Below are positions 51,034 through 54,859 of a stretch of DNA of 54,859 nucleotides, piece after piece; positions within the stretch are counted from its first letter, which is position 1, and the number at the start of each line of letters is the position of its first letter. Under the pieces are notes generated by a model. The model saw nothing but the letters and a program-made list of their open reading frames with translations, did not search any database and was not told the DNA's origin. Both the position numbers and the translations under genes were made by a program. Source of the DNA: Mustelus asterias (taxonomy: Eukaryota); assembly GCF_964213995.1 (NCBI RefSeq), contig NC_135817.1:85374001-85428859 (forward strand), given 5' to 3'.

Positions 51034-51355
51034 GTAACTATTGTGTCCTCGTGCGCTCTAGCTCATCAGTTCTTCTGCTGAAGGACGGTGACTGATGGGG
51101 ACAACTTCCATAGATACCAGCTCTCCCTCTGTCTCTCCCTCTCCACAAGCTCCACAGTGAACTGGCTATTGAACCAAGGTAAGCAGCACAGCTGAGCTTG
51201 ACGCTGTCTCTGTCCAAACTCTTGCACTTTCCAACAGGTATTGAATAATTAATTATCAGGAGCCAGAGCGATAGAAGCTTTTAAAAATGTTTTTGTGTTT
51301 GTGGAGAACTGATTTTAGTGGCGGCAATTCTGCTTCCCCTCTCATGTGGAGTGAC

Positions 51356-51391
51356 TCACCTGATGAAGGGGCAGCGCTCCGAAAGCCCGTG
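51356..51391 (+). ncRNA. Minimal hammerhead motif in a Penelope fragment; cleavage-site U mutated
   Basis: CAC-CTGATGA-A-GGGGC-AGC-GCTCC-GAAA-GC-CC-GTG. Confidence 0.6.
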
Positions 51392-51675
51392 CTACCAAAT
51401 AAACCTGTTGGACTTTAACCTGATGGTGTGAGACTACTTACTGTCCTCTCTCATCAGCAGAGGTCAGGAAACAAGCCTCAGTCTTGCTGGCATTATACAA
51501 TTGAGTTTCACAGGGGCGCAGAGCATCTGCACAATGGGAGAGTCTGCGTTGGTGAAATTTAGAATTTAATTAGTTGGATGTTAGTTTCAGGTCTGTTTTT
51601 CCATCAAATGCCAGTGGTATGAATTGAATAATTAAAGGTTTACTGTGTGGGGGATGCGTAGTCTGCACGCTGAAA

Positions 51676-51800
51676 CTCCCCAGGATCAGTATTGACAGAT
51701 TGACAGGAGAGCTTCTGAACAAAGATATTAATTCCCCAGTCAGCCCCCGGTTCAGTAAATGGAAACAAACCCACTCACACACAAGCCGGTATGACAGAAA
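51676..51800 (+). promoter_or_regulatory. Unit 11 conserved promoter block (type A)
   Basis: CTCCCCAGGATCAGT; ATTCCCCAGTCAG; GTAAATGGAAACAAAC; CAAGCCGGTATGACAG. Confidence 0.65.
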
Positions 51801-51949
51801 GTAGTAGAAACTCTCACTTAGGGAGGCAGGCAGTGTCAGCAATGGGCAGCGTGCTGCCGTCTGTGTGACAGACAGACAGTGGAAATCTCCCGCTGTTGTA
51901 TGGAAGGATGTTTGGGAGGATTTCCACCGCTGGATGAATGAGTTGAACC

Positions 51950-52449
51950 TTGCTTCTGTTTGAAGCGGTGATCCACACATTGTATGAAGCGCATGTTTAC
52001 TTTATTGGTGTCACAAGTAGGCTCACATTAACACTGCAATGAAGTTACTGTGAAAATCTCCTTGTCGCCACACTCTGTTCCTGTTCCATCTCTGTTGCTC
52101 CCAACGCCTGTTCGGGTACACTGAGGAAGAATTTAGCATGGCCAATGCATCTAACCTGCACGTTTTTCGGACTGTGGGAGGAAACTGGAGCACCCGGAAG
52201 AAACCTACGCAGACACGGGGAGAAAGTGCAAACTCCACACAGACAGTGACGCAAGCCAAGAATCAAACCTGGGTCTCTGGCACTGTGAGGCAGCAGTGCT
52301 AACCACTGTGCCATCGTGCTGCCCCATCTGTGTTGTAAACTGTAAACTGTGCCTTCATCGATTCCTGATGCCCAACTCGTGTTGAACCAATGAAAGAGAG
52401 TCTGATTCTGCACCTGCCATTAGCATTGTGTCACCCTTTAAACCAATAG
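51950..52449 (+). pseudogene. Unit 11 pseudo-exon: (L)LLFEAVIHTLYEAH[SINE]LCCKL*TVPSSIPDAQLVLNQ*KRV/SDSAPAISIVSPFK
   Basis: Start mutated (AACCTTG versus AACCATG in unit 7), SINE insertion about 51995-52324, two stops, frameshift, donor lost. Confidence 0.75.
51995..52324 (-). mobile_element. V-SINE (alternative tail) inserted in the unit 11 exon
   Basis: Full head, V-domain and tail on the minus strand. Confidence 0.87.
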
Positions 52450-53758
52450 AATTGTGCTTTGCTCTTGTGTTGCTCTATTGTAGCTGAGACTGTGTGGGTG
52501 ATTCCATGTCCCTCAGAATCTCTTGCCTTTGTGACTGAAGCCATTGCCCATAACCTCCTCTAGCCTCATAACTCTCCCAAATCCTGGTAATGCCTCCACT
52601 CCAGCCTCGTTTGCAATATTGCTCCAGAATTGGGCTCAGTTGCCTGGGCCCTAAGCGCCGAACCCCTTCCCTAAAACTCTCCGCCACTCTCTCTTTCTTG
52701 CCTCCTTTAAGATGCCCCTTCAAATGATCTTGTGTTTTTGCCACCTCTCCTCCTATCTCCTGGGTTCGTGTCACATTTTGTTTGCTGACCTCTCCCTGTG
52801 AAGTGCTTTATGGCAGTAAAGTACATCAAAGGCGCCATTTGAATTAAGTTGTTGTTGCTGCTGAATGTAGTTGAATTCATAGACTAAGTTTGTATGGCAC
52901 TATCTGGGGTTATGGGGGATGGGTGGGATTGTTGTCAGTACAGGCTTGATGGGCCGAATGGCCTCTTTCTGCACTGTAGGGATTCCATTCTATCTGCACC
53001 AGTGGCATTTATTTGAACAGAAAAGATCCTGGAAGTGTGAAAAAATACTGGCGCAATTAGTGATGGAAGCAGTGGCAACATATCGGAAGATGTTAGAGAG
53101 GAGTGTAATGTGAAGGAAAGGGGAATATCGGGATTAGGGATCAGGGTGGGAATGTGGGATAAGGAAAACTGCTGCTGTGGAGGGTAAACACCAACAGGGA
53201 CTGGTTGGGCCAAATGGCCTTCTTCAGTGTTATAAATTCTGTGTGATTCTTCCAGTGGGAAACTTGTGTTTGTGAGTTTTACCCTTTGTTTGCAATGAGC
53301 AAAAACATTTGTGCGATTTACAACAGGAAAATTCATTCATTAAACAAGTCAGAGAAATAAACTGAATTTGCCTAGCGCCAGTCACAACCTCAGGACAGCC
53401 CAAAGCCAATCAAATGCATTTGAAGTTTGGATACTGTTGGAATGTAGGAAGATGTGGCACCCAATGTGAACACAATAAGGTCCCACACACAGATAATCGG
53501 TTTCAGTGAGGGATAGACATTGAACAGAACATGCGGCAACCTCTCGAACCCTTCAATGCTGGCTACCTGGAGGACTGAAGGAGCTTCAGTTTAACCGCTC
53601 GTCAGAACTCACCCACTGTTTTGCATGGGATCGGGAGTGTTGCAGGTGGGTTGGGGGTCTTTCTAGATCAGTAACTAATTCCTAAAGAATGCCAGCATAT
53701 TTATTCCAGCAATTAAATGTTTGCTGCAAAAAAGGCACCTGATCTCTGCGCTCCATTT

Positions 53759-53905
53759 CTCCTGGGTCGGTGACGACAGGTGTGAGAAGGAGAGGCAACC
53801 GTCGAAGGGATCGAGCTGATGCTGTTCACTGATCTACAGACCCAGTAAACAGGGACAAACTGGCTCTCTCTCACACACAAGCGAGCATCACCAGGATTAG
53901 CTGAG
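53759..53905 (+). promoter_or_regulatory. Unit 12 conserved promoter block (type B)
   Basis: CTCCTGGGTCGGTGACGACAGGTG; GTAAACAGGGACAAAC; CAAGCGAGCATCACCAGGATTAGC. Confidence 0.7.
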
Positions 53906-54036
53906 ACCTCCGGGCAGGTTCCTGCGTCAAGAAACTCGCTACTCGCCCCTGTTTTTGAAACATTTCAGAGAAGTTGTGCCATTAATCGGGAAGGTATTGT
54001 CAGAAGGTTTCCACATTAGTGTGAAGGAGAGGAGCG

Positions 54037-54202
54037 ATGAGGCTTCTGGATATGATACTTGGTTCCTTGTTCTCCAAGCTGCAGATGTGCTGTTATTTAT
54101 TCAACTCGTGGCCGATCCTTTCAAATGATCAGCTTAGACAAATTATCAAAAGCACCGTCCGTAAAACGACGACCGGTACAGAGCCTCCCTACGACAAGAC
54201 AG
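54037..54202 (+). CDS. Variable first exon, unit 12 (type B): MRLLDMILGSLFSKLQMCC...TEPPYDKT|G
   Basis: GGAGCGATG start, 55 codons plus 1 nt, donor CAG|GTAACT; closest to unit 6. Confidence 0.8.
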
Positions 54203-54770
54203 GTAACTGCGGTATTCCTGTGTGCTCATTGTAATGTTGAGATTCTGTTCCGCACATGCCTTGTCCTGCTGTTGAAGGCAGTGAGTGATGGACACAGTGT
54301 TCCACAGATTCTCACTGCATTATGTTAACCTCAAAACAAATTCCCATCTCTTCATAGCTTTAACAGTTAACTGGCTATTGAACCAAGGAGTGCATCGTAA
54401 CTAAGCTCAATACTGTCTTCACCCGATGTCCAAGCTTTTGCACTTTCTAGCAGGTACCGAAGGGTTAAGGATCAGGAGAAAGAACCAGAGATTTTCTTAC
54501 CCCTTTCAGTTGTTGGGGAAACTGAGGCTAATGAGAGAGACACTGCCCTCTTCCTCCTGTCATCAACACAGATCATAGAACAAACCTCAGTCTTGCTTGT
54601 ATTGTGCAGTTGAGTGGCAAGGAGCAACGTGTCCACACACTGGGCACGACTTGTGTTAGTGAAGTTTAGGGTTAAATTCCTGACGCATTTGTTGCAACTA
54701 GTTTCCATCAAATGCTAGTGGTCTTAACATAAGAGTTGAAGATTTAAATGGGCTGGTCTCTGAGGAGAAG

Positions 54771-54859
54771 CTCCCCTGGGTCAATGCCAGCAAAGTGAAA
54801 GAACCTCAGCGAGTATCAGGATATTCTCCAGTCAGTCTCAGATACAGTGAATCGGGACA
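54771..54859 (+). promoter_or_regulatory. Unit 13 promoter block (type A), truncated by the window edge
   Basis: CTCCCCTGGGTCAATG; GATATTCTCCAGTCAG; upstream spacer homologous to those before units 7, 9 and 11. Confidence 0.6.

Noticed and set aside
7185-52324. tRNA genes suggested by A/B boxes (TGGCACAGTGG, GGTTCAATTCC)
   Set aside because: All are heads of SINE copies continuing into V-domain and LINE-like tails.
21866-54202. Array exons as Ig/TCR V segments or leader exons
   Set aside because: No Ig-fold Cys/Trp spacing, no heptamer-nonamer RSS noticed after the exons, and no paired V exon following each unit.

Overview
Repeat-rich vertebrate genomic DNA, very likely from a shark or other elasmobranch (HE1-like V-SINEs, CR1 LINEs, Penelope and Rex/Babar fragments, minisatellites, several N gaps). 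No complete multi-exon gene lies in the window. The main signal is a + strand tandem array from about 21.6 kb to the right edge of 13 paralogous promoter-plus-short-exon units. Each intact unit has a conserved upstream motif block, an ATG, and 53-60 codons with the pattern (hydrophobic helix)-CC-xxF-xxxP-...-PP(F/Y)D. Each ends at a phase-1 splice donor, AG|GTAAC. Eight exons are intact, three are pseudo-exons, one unit is an orphan promoter and one is cut by the window edge. A divergent candidate member lies at 12.1 kb. No repeated second exon is visible between units, so the layout resembles a protocadherin/UGT1A-style variable first-exon cluster splicing to constant exons beyond the window. 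I do not recognise the gene. Also present are an RPL39 processed pseudogene and several Penelope-derived palindromes carrying minimal hammerhead-ribozyme motifs.
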